Part shown: positions 35,393 through 45,748 of the stretch, in pieces
Layout: every line of letters begins with the position of its first letter
How positions within the stretch are numbered: position 1 is the stretch's first letter
Source of the DNA: a virus
Length of the DNA stretch: 64,000 bases
IMG/VR virus record: IMGVR_UViG_3300042453_004661
Coordinates: 32,001-96,000 of that record
Reading direction: 5' to 3' (one strand)
Program-made: the position numbers and the translations under genes
Notes under the pieces: model-generated
The model's input: the letters and a program-made list of their open reading frames with translations, nothing else
What the model was told of the DNA's origin: nothing
Database searches by the model: none

Positions 35393-38300
35393 ATGGCTTT
35401 TATCAAAACACTCAAGTTTCTCAACGGGATAGTCACAGAGATTGACTTATCCAATGATTCATTAGTAGCTAAGTCTATAAAAGTTGGCGGTAATTCCGGA
35501 ACAGAATTAACGAAAGCCGCGCTAGATACTCTCGTATCTGGGCTTTCTGAAGCTTCTGGCTTACACAATCACAATTCGATATACTTTTCTAAATCAGAGT
35601 TTATTAACTCTACCTTTGGCGCACCTGATGCAGACAAGCCAGTAAAGTCAAATGGATCTGGAAGAATCTCAGCCTCTTTCCTTAACTACTCGGGATTTGC
35701 CTCCCACTCTAATCTTTCTAATCTTTCTTCTGATGATCACACCCAATACCATACCGATGCCCGTGGTGATATTAGGTACTTCACAAAATCTGAATTCATC
35801 AATTCTTCAGCCGGATCTGCAGATGCAAATAAGCCAGTAAAGACAAACTCATCCGGTAAAGTTGACCCCTCTATGGTCGATGCCGGAGCTGTTGACCACA
35901 ATTCCCTTAATGGACTTCAGGGCGGTGTAGCGTCAGGCGGTGGCGGTGGAATAATCGTTAATTCGCTCCCAGAGCCAACAAGTAGTACATATCAGCTTAA
36001 TGTCACGACTGCTGGATTGGGCGGCTATACTATTGGGTTGAATTCTGTAACGGCCTCTCCTCTTCAAAGATTTACGATGTCCGGCGCATCGATCTCTCAA
36101 GCCGTCTTTGCATACAATAAATCCGACAATTCATCAGTTCCACCATTAGCTTTTTATGAAGCAGTAATCTATAAGCTCTCTGGAAATTTAGTTGAAGGAA
36201 TGACTACAAGTCCAGATCCAGCAAATGTAAATAATCCAGTAGCTATATCTAATCCGATTTTAGTTTCTTCGGTCGAGCTTGGGACAGATAAAAATATTAC
36301 ATTTACATTTAACTCCATGGCGTTGGAGGATGGGCAAGATTATGCGCTTGCCATGAGGCTTCAAGTTCCAACCGCCGATCTTAATTTTGCATCGGCAATG
36401 TCTACAAGAATCTTCCTACAAAATATTGCAGGAAGATCAAGTGATCCTGGAATCCTGCAAAGTTTTGGATATTGGTATTTAAGCACTCAATTTAGTAGCA
36501 TTTCTTCTTACCCATACCTTAAAATAAAAATTGAGGGACCAAGCTCAGAGTATTATCACCTTTCCGAAACCCAGCACTCTACTCTCACTGGCGGATCTGA
36601 CGCTTCTTCTCTCCACAATCACAATACTCAATATTACACTAAGAGCCAAGTAGACACTAGCCTATCTGCTAAACCAAATTCTACCGCAGTAATGTTGCTC
36701 AACGGCACTCAGGCCATGACAGCAACTATGGATCTTGGCGGTAATCGTATTACAAATCTTGCTTCGCCATCTGGATCTTCTGACGCAGTAAGAAAACAAG
36801 ATCTTGATGATCTTGATGCCTTAGTGTTTAAAAAAGACGGATCAGTATCTGCTACCGGAGATTTTGACCTAGATGGAAACAAAATCATCGGATTGGCAAA
36901 TCCAACAAATGATACGGACGCTGCAACTAAGGGTTATGTAGATAACAAGATTACCGGGGTTTCTTGGAGACAGCCTGCTCGTACAATAAACATTGTTTCA
37001 ACCAGCCTTCCTACTGGAACTGGATATTCTCATGACGGAATTGTGCATGTCAATGGGGACAGAGTGCTATTTACTGGCCTTTCTTCTCCTACAGCAAATA
37101 ATAAAGTCTACAAGCTTTCTGGAGTTGGATCTTCAATTACTTGGTCAGTTGAAACTGATGGCCAAGCAGGAGATGGGTCTCCAACAGACGGCGACGCTAT
37201 CTATATTCAAGAAGGCACTACCAACGGAGACAGCCAGTGGAACTATAACGGAAGTGCTTTCGTTCAGTTCTCTGGAGCTGGACAGATTCAGGCTGGCGTA
37301 GGTCTTTCTAAGTCTGGTAATACTATTAGCGCCAATCTAGGTGCTGGTATTGCGGAGCTTCCTACTGGAGAAATTGGCGTAGATGTCCGTTCTTCTGGTG
37401 GGCTAATGCTTACAGAAGATGGCATCATGTCGTCTACTGCCTCTGCAGCCCAGCTTGCAATCAGGTTAAATGGATCTAGCCTAGATGTCTCGAGTAATGG
37501 TCTAAAAGTATCTGATTCCGGGGTAGATACATCTCAAATTGCAAATGGTGCAATTACTACTGAAAAACTTTCTGATGGGTCTGTAACCTCTTCCAAGCTT
37601 TCCTCAAGCGCTTCTGTAGATGCAGACAGGGCTGTTGGCACAGATCACATCAAGGATAGTGCAGTAACTGCTAGTAAGATTGCTTCTAATGCGGTAGATG
37701 AAAACAAGCTCGCCTCATCAGTTGCCGGAAGCGGTCTTTCTGGCGGAGCAGGATCTGCGCTTTCTGTAAATGTAGACAACACTACTATTGAAATAGCTTC
37801 TGATCAATTACAGATTAAAAATGGCGCAATTGATAGAACTAAAATTGGTGTAAATGCTGTTGGTAGTTCAGAAATTGAATTTGGCACAGGTCCAAGCCAA
37901 GTAAATGCTAGCAGTCTTCCTATCGTAGATTCCGCAGGGGTTCTTTCTGCCACTACAGTAGAAGATGCACTTGCCGAAATTGTTGCAAGTCAAATTATCA
38001 GATCAGAAATGTCTGGTGAGGCAATCTCTGTTGGGGATCTAGTAGCAATCCGTCGTGATGCAAATGGATATGAAAGAGTGTTCAAAGCCAGTGCGGCTTC
38101 GTCTGGAAACCAACAATTTGCCAGCCGTATTATCCAAGATCTTACCTATACCTCTAAAATCTATTCTGGTAATGACATAACCATTAACTATATCAAGCCA
38201 GTCAGCATAAATCAGCCATTGGTTGTTTCTGTTGTAGACAGAGCTATCACGGTCTATCTTGCTACTGACGGATCTGCAGCCGCTACCTCTACGGCCTCTG

Positions 38301-38707
38301 ATATCAAAAGTGCAATCGAAGCAGATGCTACTGCAAATGCTCTTGTAAGCATCTCTGTTTCTGGTACTGGATCTACTATTCAGGTTTCTACCGCATCATT
38401 GCCCTTGCTTGGTGGAATGAGCTATAACGACAATGGTCGTTGGGAAGTATACGGAATGGCACTTGAGAGCGCCGGATCTGCAGATGTCTTTGTCAAAGTA
38501 AAGATCTCTGGAAAATTGATGTGTAACTTTGTTACCGTACCAGCCTCTTCAGATATTGGCAAATCCGTATTCCTTTCTATCAATAGTGGATTAGCCTCGC
38601 TCTCTGTTCCTTCTGCTCCGGGGGATGCTGTCGTATACCTTGGAAGGCTAGTTTCTGCAAATGAGGTAGAATTTAGGTGTACCTCCTTGAGGGGTGTCTT
38701 AGGATAA
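35393..38707 (+). CDS. Tail fibre protein
   Basis: HNH/HTQY motifs, MDLGGNRITNLASP..DAV and KIIGLANPTNDTDAATKGYVD fibre repeats, IANGAITTEKL repeats. Confidence 0.7.
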   Translation: MAFIKTLKFLNGIVTEIDLSNDSLVAKSIKVGGNSGTELTKAALDTLVSGLSEASGLHNHNSIYFSKSEFINSTFGAPDADKPVKSNGSGRISASFLNYSGFASHSNLSNLSSDDHTQYHTDARGDIRYFTKSEFINSSAGSADANKPVKTNSSGKVDPSMVDAGAVDHNSLNGLQGGVASGGGGGIIVNSLPEPTSSTYQLNVTTAGLGGYTIGLNSVTASPLQRFTMSGASISQAVFAYNKSDNSSVPPLAFYEAVIYKLSGNLVEGMTTSPDPANVNNPVAISNPILVSSVELGTDKNITFTFNSMALEDGQDYALAMRLQVPTADLNFASAMSTRIFLQNIAGRSSDPGILQSFGYWYLSTQFSSISSYPYLKIKIEGPSSEYYHLSETQHSTLTGGSDASSLHNHNTQYYTKSQVDTSLSAKPNSTAVMLLNGTQAMTATMDLGGNRITNLASPSGSSDAVRKQDLDDLDALVFKKDGSVSATGDFDLDGNKIIGLANPTNDTDAATKGYVDNKITGVSWRQPARTINIVSTSLPTGTGYSHDGIVHVNGDRVLFTGLSSPTANNKVYKLSGVGSSITWSVETDGQAGDGSPTDGDAIYIQEGTTNGDSQWNYNGSAFVQFSGAGQIQAGVGLSKSGNTISANLGAGIAELPTGEIGVDVRSSGGLMLTEDGIMSSTASAAQLAIRLNGSSLDVSSNGLKVSDSGVDTSQIANGAITTEKLSDGSVTSSKLSSSASVDADRAVGTDHIKDSAVTASKIASNAVDENKLASSVAGSGLSGGAGSALSVNVDNTTIEIASDQLQIKNGAIDRTKIGVNAVGSSEIEFGTGPSQVNASSLPIVDSAGVLSATTVEDALAEIVASQIIRSEMSGEAISVGDLVAIRRDANGYERVFKASAASSGNQQFASRIIQDLTYTSKIYSGNDITINYIKPVSINQPLVVSVVDRAITVYLATDGSAAATSTASDIKSAIEADATANALVSISVSGTGSTIQVSTASLPLLGGMSYNDNGRWEVYGMALESAGSADVFVKVKISGKLMCNFVTVPASSDIGKSVFLSINSGLASLSVPSAPGDAVVYLGRLVSANEVEFRCTSLRGVLG

Positions 38708-38715
38708 GGTGACAA

Positions 38716-39003
38716 ATGGCTCTCATACTTAAATTAGTAGATGGAATTCCCTTCATGGTAGATATATCTACCGGAGGCGTTAGCTATGACGAAGAAGAAC
38801 TACTTACTTCGCCATTGGTTGCTAATTCCAACTATACTATTCCAAATTCAAAAACATACAATTTAGGTCAGTATGATCTTCAGGTTTTTGTTGATGGTAT
38901 AGCTCAAAGGGTCGGAACAGACTATCAAGAAGTCAGCACTACACAAATTAGGTTCCCCGGAAAAATGATCGAATCCGGCCAAAGAATAAGGATTAGGAGA
39001 TAA
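38716..39003 (+). CDS. Small virion structural protein
   Basis: 95 aa; LQVFVDGIAQRVGTDYQE module shared with 32080 and 46614. Confidence 0.6.
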   Translation: MALILKLVDGIPFMVDISTGGVSYDEEELLTSPLVANSNYTIPNSKTYNLGQYDLQVFVDGIAQRVGTDYQEVSTTQIRFPGKMIESGQRIRIRR

Positions 39004-39005
39004 AA

Positions 39006-41918
39006 ATGCCTATATTACCTACAAGTAGGACAATCCCACAAACAAAAGATATTGCACAAGTATCTGCATTGCCTCTTCGTGTTGGATCACAGGCAAGGCA
39101 AGATCTTGACAGTGTTTTAGTGGCTGTAGACTCGGCGCTTGATACCGAAGCCGTTGCAAGGCAGAATGCTGATAATACCATATCCGCAAACCTTGCGGCC
39201 CACATTGCTTCAACTACTGCCCACCCAGCCTCGAGCATTACTGCAGTAAGCCAAGAGCGTGGCGCAGTAGTGGCCTCTGCTCTTCGCCCTATTGATTCTT
39301 TTGCGTCAATCAACAATAACAACTTAAATACATTTGGGCAAAGATTTACTTCCTTAGTAACCTCTACCCTTAATAGCATTAGGCTTGATCTTAGAAAGAT
39401 TGGAAGCCCCACTGGAAGCGTTAGCGTAGATGTATATACGAATAGCGCCGGAGTGCCCGGGTCTCTATTGGCATCCTCTGGATCTGTATCTGTTGCATCT
39501 ATTCGTCAAGAGCCTGGATATTTGACGGAGTTTACATTTTCTACCCCGGCATCTTTGACTGCATCCACAGATTATGTCTTAGTAATCAATAGCTCTGCGG
39601 TATCGCTTGCTGATTCTGCAAACTATATTCAGGTGGGGTCTGACTCTTCTGCATCCTATGGCAAATTTGCCGTAGCTTCGACTAATGGTGGATCTACTTG
39701 GTCGGTCCAGACATATGCACTATTTATGCAGGCAAATTCTGCTCCTGCGACAAAAGTTCAAGATTATTTGGACAATCTTGTTGCAGAATACAGAAATGCC
39801 GACATCGTTGAAGCTGCAGAGCGCTTTAGTCAAGATTCTTTAATCAATTCAAGGATCGATACTGAAATTGCCCAGCTTAGAGCAACAGCTAATAATCCAA
39901 ATAATAAAGTTGTAAATATTGCAAGCTCTATTGCAACAAGGCCTGATGGGACACAGCTTAGATTGCCAAATGGATCTTTGCTTACTGACTTTACTGGTGG
40001 AAGCATCAATTTTGCAACTGGTGCAGTTACTGGATCAGTAGGTTCTTTTTCTAGAATCAATTTTTCAGGCCAAGCGGGTAAATGGGCAAAATATTCTTTG
40101 ATCCTTTTGCCGACTCAGCCGGACGCAGTATTAGTCGTTCCTGGAATCAATTACTACGCTTCTCTATCTGCAGCCCAAAACGACACTAGCGATCCTTCTG
40201 TTTCGGGCGGGATTCCTATTGCAATTATCTGCGTACAGGATAACGGATCTGGTGGCACAGGCACTATCAATGATATTGCACAAAGCCACATCATGCAAGT
40301 TAGGGCTTCTGGATCAGGATCAGGTGGATCTGGATCGGGATCTCCGTTGGACCCAGATCAAGAATCAAATTATGCATTTTATGCCCGATCTGATTTTTCT
40401 GTTGACAAAAAGCTTTTCTATGGTTCTATTTCAGGATCTGCTGTAGATCAAATCCTTGGTCTTGGAAGGATTTCTTTTACAGGAAATGGGATCTTTAACA
40501 GTAGCAATTTGGTTGGTGAGCAACAAAGACAAGAAGCGAATGTCATCAACAGGGCGACAGTAAAACTTCGTTACGATAGTAACTTCAAAGATCCTGCCCC
40601 TATCGTTTCTTTATCTCGAAATGGCGGTATTACATACCAGACCGCAACACTCTCTAACCCAGCAAGCTCTACGGAGCTTTGGCTTGCAGATGCTACTTGG
40701 TCTAGTCAAGAATCTGGACAGAATACCACAACAGCAACTCCGATCAGCGATAGAATGATATCTACCTCATTCTCTCCAGCTTACGATCAGGTAGTAACTT
40801 CTTTTGCTGTTTATATGCGTACTGCTTCTTCATCTGGAACAATAACTGCATATATTAGAAATACTGCTTCCGGTGGGATTATTCCTACTACGGTAGTGGC
40901 CCAGTCTGCTGTCGTCCTTAATTGCGGAGCAGATATTGTTAATACTTTTGCATATTTTACATTTCCAATTTCAGCAGTAACTCTAAAGGCTGGGACAACA
41001 TATGCCCTAACCGTAGAGGGAAGTTCTGGCGTAACCATCTCTAGCGTATTGGGATCTACAAGTCTTTCCAATTCGCTTGGATTTGTTTTTGATGGGGCAG
41101 TAAATTCTGGATCTGGCTGGTCGGGAAACCCTAGTGGAATTCCTGTTATAGTTAATTCAGCCGGAACCGATCTTAGGCTCAGGGTACAATCTTCCGTACC
41201 TACTACCGAGCATAGGCTTCTTGGATTTGGCGTTGACTTTGTCTTGGTTGGGCCAGCAACTGTCAGTGGCATGTTTGGCCAAGAAGCAAGGACCATTACG
41301 GCCACCGAGGCTAGTACCGGGATTGTTACATTTAGTAGCTTGACCTATGTGCCTGGAGCTAGACAGCTATACGCAAAAAGTCTTGGACACCTTTATATGG
41401 GTCCTGAAGACTTTGTTGAATTAGCTCCTAACCAGATTCAATTTACTCCTGGATTCTTTATCGCTGGACAAGTAGTTGTATTCTTCGTGGCATATGGCCT
41501 AGTTGATGGGACCTCAAGCGAGTCTCTTCCTAAGATCAATGCTCTTGAAGAAATAATTGTAGGAACTCCTGCCCAAGTATCTGCTGGAATGGCCGGATAT
41601 TCTAATCTTCAAGGAGCTATTTCAATAGCTTCTCCGGGCCAAAGGATAGCGCTCTTAAGGGGTGTATTTACCGGGCCTATTACCATAGACAGAGAAGTTC
41701 ATATTTATGGTCGTGGTAGAGGAAGCGAAATCTCTGGAACTATCACTATTTCATCTACTGGCGGAGGCACATCAATAAAAAATTGCAGACTCAATGGAAA
41801 TACTTCAATTGATACTCTTGCAAAAAATGTTGTTGTATGCGATAATTGGGTAGCGCCTACATTTAATGTATCTGGCGGAACTAACTCATTTATCTTGAAT
41901 CTCGGAGAGGTGGTATAG
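39006..41918 (+). CDS. Tail fibre/spike protein with C-terminal beta-helix-like domain
   Basis: AHIASTTAHPASSI fibre motif, ARQNAD coil, C-terminal YSNLQGAI...IALLRGVF...IYGRG pectate-lyase-like start. Confidence 0.6.
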   Translation: MPILPTSRTIPQTKDIAQVSALPLRVGSQARQDLDSVLVAVDSALDTEAVARQNADNTISANLAAHIASTTAHPASSITAVSQERGAVVASALRPIDSFASINNNNLNTFGQRFTSLVTSTLNSIRLDLRKIGSPTGSVSVDVYTNSAGVPGSLLASSGSVSVASIRQEPGYLTEFTFSTPASLTASTDYVLVINSSAVSLADSANYIQVGSDSSASYGKFAVASTNGGSTWSVQTYALFMQANSAPATKVQDYLDNLVAEYRNADIVEAAERFSQDSLINSRIDTEIAQLRATANNPNNKVVNIASSIATRPDGTQLRLPNGSLLTDFTGGSINFATGAVTGSVGSFSRINFSGQAGKWAKYSLILLPTQPDAVLVVPGINYYASLSAAQNDTSDPSVSGGIPIAIICVQDNGSGGTGTINDIAQSHIMQVRASGSGSGGSGSGSPLDPDQESNYAFYARSDFSVDKKLFYGSISGSAVDQILGLGRISFTGNGIFNSSNLVGEQQRQEANVINRATVKLRYDSNFKDPAPIVSLSRNGGITYQTATLSNPASSTELWLADATWSSQESGQNTTTATPISDRMISTSFSPAYDQVVTSFAVYMRTASSSGTITAYIRNTASGGIIPTTVVAQSAVVLNCGADIVNTFAYFTFPISAVTLKAGTTYALTVEGSSGVTISSVLGSTSLSNSLGFVFDGAVNSGSGWSGNPSGIPVIVNSAGTDLRLRVQSSVPTTEHRLLGFGVDFVLVGPATVSGMFGQEARTITATEASTGIVTFSSLTYVPGARQLYAKSLGHLYMGPEDFVELAPNQIQFTPGFFIAGQVVVFFVAYGLVDGTSSESLPKINALEEIIVGTPAQVSAGMAGYSNLQGAISIASPGQRIALLRGVFTGPITIDREVHIYGRGRGSEISGTITISSTGGGTSIKNCRLNGNTSIDTLAKNVVVCDNWVAPTFNVSGGTNSFILNLGEVV

Positions 41919-41919
41919 T

Positions 41920-43182
41920 GTGCCTATTATTACTAACCTTAGCCTAGGCGGTGGAATTACTGTTGCCAACACCTTTTCTACCCCGGTAAATGTATCTAGC
42001 ACTATATCTATTCCTGATGATAAAGATAGGCTAGTTTATGTGACTGGCAATGCATCAAGGTCTTCTGGAAACAGCCCAGCAGGTGCTGATACATCCTGGC
42101 GATCTATCTGTTGGTCCCCAGAAAGAAGATTGTTTGTCGCCGTTGGCCGAAGTGAAGACACAGGGGCCGCTCGATGTGCAACCTCACCTGATGGAATTAC
42201 CTGGACAGCCCGAAGCCCGCAAAGTGGTTCTTGGTGGTCCGTCTGCTGGTCCCCAGAAAGAGGATTATTTGTTGCTGTTGCGGGAACCGGAACCACTCAA
42301 AGAGTCATGACTTCACCGGATGGCATTACTTGGACCGCTAGAACAACTCCTGGCACAAATGAATGGTATTCCGTATGCTGGTCTCCGGAAAGAGGCTTAT
42401 TTGTAGCCGTTGCAGCCTCTGGGACAAATGGCGTAATGACTTCTCCTGATGGAATTACATGGACAGCCGGGACATCACCGAGCGAAAGCTGGCGTTCTGT
42501 CTGCTGGTCCCCAGAAAGAGGCTTATTTGTTGCCGTTGCACCTGGATTGCTTTCCAACACAGTAATGACTTCGCCAGATGGGATTACCTGGACTGCTAGG
42601 GCGCCTGCTGTGGGTAATGAATGGAATTGCGTTTGTTGGTCTCCTGAAAGAGGATTGTTTGTTGCGGTGGCTAAAATAGGAGGGGCATCACCTCAAAGGG
42701 CTATGACTTCACCGGATGGAATTAACTGGACTGCTAGGACAACCCCCGCAAGTAGATATTTTGATTCTGTATGCTGGTCTCCGGAGAGGGGTTTATTTAT
42801 AGCTGTTGGAGAATTTAACCATCTAATGACTTCTTCCGATGGAATTACTTGGACATTAAGAAGTTTGATTATTACTTCTGGGTATGCCATAGTATGGTCT
42901 TCTCAATTAGGAAGATTTGTTTCGTCTGGTTTTTCAACTACATTTGACTTAATCAATCTTGCTCAATTTAATGCCTCTCCAATACAAAACGGCCAAAAAG
43001 AAGGTCAAAGACTTATTTTGGTGGGAACAGACAATTATAATGCTCCAGAACTAAGATCTATTGGAAATATTGATGCAATTAAAAATTCAAATGATCCTGT
43101 ATTTGCAATAGCCTCTCAAGATCAGTACGAGCTTAGATGGGATAGTGTTAATTCTAAATGGGTTAGAAGAGGAGATGTCTAA
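41920..43182 (+). CDS. Seven-bladed Asp-box (BNR) beta-propeller protein 1
   Basis: 7 repeats of WxSVCWSPERGLFVAV...MTSPDGITW between conserved N- and C-terminal segments; GTG start. Confidence 0.75.
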   Translation: MPIITNLSLGGGITVANTFSTPVNVSSTISIPDDKDRLVYVTGNASRSSGNSPAGADTSWRSICWSPERRLFVAVGRSEDTGAARCATSPDGITWTARSPQSGSWWSVCWSPERGLFVAVAGTGTTQRVMTSPDGITWTARTTPGTNEWYSVCWSPERGLFVAVAASGTNGVMTSPDGITWTAGTSPSESWRSVCWSPERGLFVAVAPGLLSNTVMTSPDGITWTARAPAVGNEWNCVCWSPERGLFVAVAKIGGASPQRAMTSPDGINWTARTTPASRYFDSVCWSPERGLFIAVGEFNHLMTSSDGITWTLRSLIITSGYAIVWSSQLGRFVSSGFSTTFDLINLAQFNASPIQNGQKEGQRLILVGTDNYNAPELRSIGNIDAIKNSNDPVFAIASQDQYELRWDSVNSKWVRRGDV

Positions 43183-44441
43183 TGCCTGTCGTCACTAACC
43201 TTAGCTTAGGCGGTGGAATTACTGTTGCTAATACCTTTTCTACCCCAGTAAATGTATCTAGCACCATCTCTATTCCTGATGATAAAGATAGAATGGTATA
43301 TGTGACTGGGACGAGTAGTTGGGTCAACAGGACGCATGGGGTTGCGGGGACTAATTGGAGATCTATATGCTGGTCTCCAGAAAGAGCAATATTTGTAGCC
43401 GTTGGCGGAAATGCAGTAATGACTTCTCCGGATGGAATTACTTGGACGGCCAGGACATCTGCTTCAAGCGTTAATTGGCAATCCATCTGCTGGTCCCCAG
43501 AAAGAGGCCTGTTTGTAGCTGTTGGGAATAATGCTGTTATGACTTCACCAGATGGCATTACATGGACATCCAGAACGGCTGCAGCAAATAATCAATGGTA
43601 TTCTATTTGCTGGTCAAAAGAAAGAGGTTTATTTGTAGCTGTTGCATGGAGCGGTACGGGTAACAGAGTTATGACTTCGCCAGATGGAATTGCCTGGACA
43701 TCTAGAGCATCTGCTTTAGATAATGATTGGCTTTCCGTATGCTGGTCTCCAGAAAGAGGTTTATTTGTAGCTGTTGCAAGCTCTGGCACAGGCAACAGGG
43801 TTATGACTTCGCCAGATGGAATTGCTTGGACATCTAGGGCATCTGCAAATAATACTTATTCATGGTATTCTGTCTGCTGGTCTGCAGAAAGAGGTCTATT
43901 TGTTGCGGTCGGTAGTTTTTTTGATCTTACAGACCCAGTATCTACGGTAATGACTTCACTAGATGGGATTACTTGGACACAAAGGGCATCGTCAGCAAGC
44001 GTTGGGCTGGAGTATATATGCTGGTCTTCTGAAATGGGAATTTTTGTTGCCGTAGCTCCTGATGGTAATTTTGTTATTACATCATCAGACGGGATTACTT
44101 GGACACAAAGAAACTTTGGTTCATCGTCTACAGTCAATAGGCGCTCTATTTGTTGGTCTCCACAATTGGGGAAATTTATAATTATTGTTTTTGAAAATAT
44201 AGTTACGACATTTGATCTTTTTCAATTTAATGCCTTTCCAATACAGAATGGTCAAAAAGAAGGCCAAACACTAATTCTTGTGGGCACAGATGATTATAAT
44301 GCTCCAGAAATAAAATCTATTGGGAATCTTGATTCGCTTAAGAATGCAAATGACAAGTGCATTCCCATTTCCTCACAAAAAGTATACTCTTTTGAATGGG
44401 ATAGTGTCAACTTAAAATGGATAAGAAGGAGTAATGGATAA
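43182..44441 (+). CDS. Seven-bladed Asp-box beta-propeller protein 2
   Basis: Paralogue of 41920; 7 repeats. Confidence 0.75.
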   Translation: MPVVTNLSLGGGITVANTFSTPVNVSSTISIPDDKDRMVYVTGTSSWVNRTHGVAGTNWRSICWSPERAIFVAVGGNAVMTSPDGITWTARTSASSVNWQSICWSPERGLFVAVGNNAVMTSPDGITWTSRTAAANNQWYSICWSKERGLFVAVAWSGTGNRVMTSPDGIAWTSRASALDNDWLSVCWSPERGLFVAVASSGTGNRVMTSPDGIAWTSRASANNTYSWYSVCWSAERGLFVAVGSFFDLTDPVSTVMTSLDGITWTQRASSASVGLEYICWSSEMGIFVAVAPDGNFVITSSDGITWTQRNFGSSSTVNRRSICWSPQLGKFIIIVFENIVTTFDLFQFNAFPIQNGQKEGQTLILVGTDDYNAPEIKSIGNLDSLKNANDKCIPISSQKVYSFEWDSVNLKWIRRSNG

Positions 44442-45742
44442 TGCCTATTATTACTAATCTTAGTTTAGGCGGTGGAGAAGTTACTGTTGCCAACACCTTT
44501 TCTACCCCAGTAAATGTATCTAGCACTATATCTATTCCTGATGATAAAGATAGAATGGTATATGTGACCGGAACAAGTAGTTGGGTATCCAGAAGCACTC
44601 CCACAAGCAACAACTTTAGATCTGTTTGCTGGTCCCCAGAAAGAGGTTTGTTTGTTGCTGTTTCAAATACTGGAACAGTAAGCGATAAAGTAATGACTTC
44701 ACCGGATGGAATTACTTGGACATCTAGATCGGTTCCTGCATCTAACAATTCATGGTTTTCTGTATGCTGGTCTCCGGAAAGAGGCTTATTTGTTGCTGTT
44801 GCAAATTCTGGCGCATCGTTTGATATTGTAATGACTTCACCAGATGGAATTACTTGGACCTCTAGGTCGTCTGCTCAAAATAATAACTTTAATTCTGTCT
44901 GCTGGTCCCCAGAAAGAGGACTGTTTGTTGCTGTTGCAGCAACGGGTTCGGCAGGAGGAGTAATAACCTCACCAGATGGAATTAGCTGGACACTAAGATT
45001 TGCTTCAGCCCTAAATGCATGGCAATCAGTCTGCTGGTCCCCAGAAAGAGGACTGTTTGTTGCTGTTTCGAGTAGCGGTACGGCCAACAGAGTTATGACT
45101 TCGCCAGATGGAATTACTTGGACATCGAGAAATACCACGGGACTAGATAGCCTTTGGAGATTTGTCTGTTGGTCTCCAGAAAGAGGTTTATTTGTAGCCG
45201 TTGCAAGTAGTGGGACAAATCAAATAATGACTTCGCCAGATGGGATTACTTGGACGGCCAGGACTGCGCCCAATACAAATACATGGTATTCCGTATGCTG
45301 GTCTTCTGAAATGGGAATTTTTGTTGCCGTTGCGGCTGGGACAAATGGTGTAATGACTTCGCCAGATGGGATTACTTGGACGGCCAGAGCTTCTCTTGCA
45401 TCAAGTCAAGATTGGCGTTGCGTATGCTGGTCTCCTCAGTTAGGAGAATTTGTTGCGACAGCCCTTACCGGAACGCTTAATCGAGTCATGACACTAGATC
45501 TTCCTCAGTTAAATTCTACTCCAATACAAAATGGGCAAAAAGAAAGTCAAAAGCTTATTTTGGTAGGAACGGATGGCTATAATGCCCCAGAAGTAAAAAC
45601 GATTGGCAATATTGAATCAAGAAAAAACTCAAATGATAAATGCCTAGTCTTGGGCTCCCAAAAAAGATTTGAATTTAGATGGGATAGTGTTAATTCTAGA
45701 TGGGTTAGGCAAAAGCCTAAAAAGAACAAAACTGGATATTAA
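44441..45742 (+). CDS. Seven-bladed Asp-box beta-propeller protein 3
   Basis: Paralogue of 41920; 7 repeats. Confidence 0.75.
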   Translation: MPIITNLSLGGGEVTVANTFSTPVNVSSTISIPDDKDRMVYVTGTSSWVSRSTPTSNNFRSVCWSPERGLFVAVSNTGTVSDKVMTSPDGITWTSRSVPASNNSWFSVCWSPERGLFVAVANSGASFDIVMTSPDGITWTSRSSAQNNNFNSVCWSPERGLFVAVAATGSAGGVITSPDGISWTLRFASALNAWQSVCWSPERGLFVAVSSSGTANRVMTSPDGITWTSRNTTGLDSLWRFVCWSPERGLFVAVASSGTNQIMTSPDGITWTARTAPNTNTWYSVCWSSEMGIFVAVAAGTNGVMTSPDGITWTARASLASSQDWRCVCWSPQLGEFVATALTGTLNRVMTLDLPQLNSTPIQNGQKESQKLILVGTDGYNAPEVKTIGNIESRKNSNDKCLVLGSQKRFEFRWDSVNSRWVRQKPKKNKTGY

Positions 45743-45748
45743 GGATTT

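Noticed and set aside
42036-45138. Repetitive minus-strand ORFs over the propeller genes, and other short overlapping ORFs in the track
   Set aside because: Antisense or off-frame shadows of repetitive coding sequence with no independent signals.
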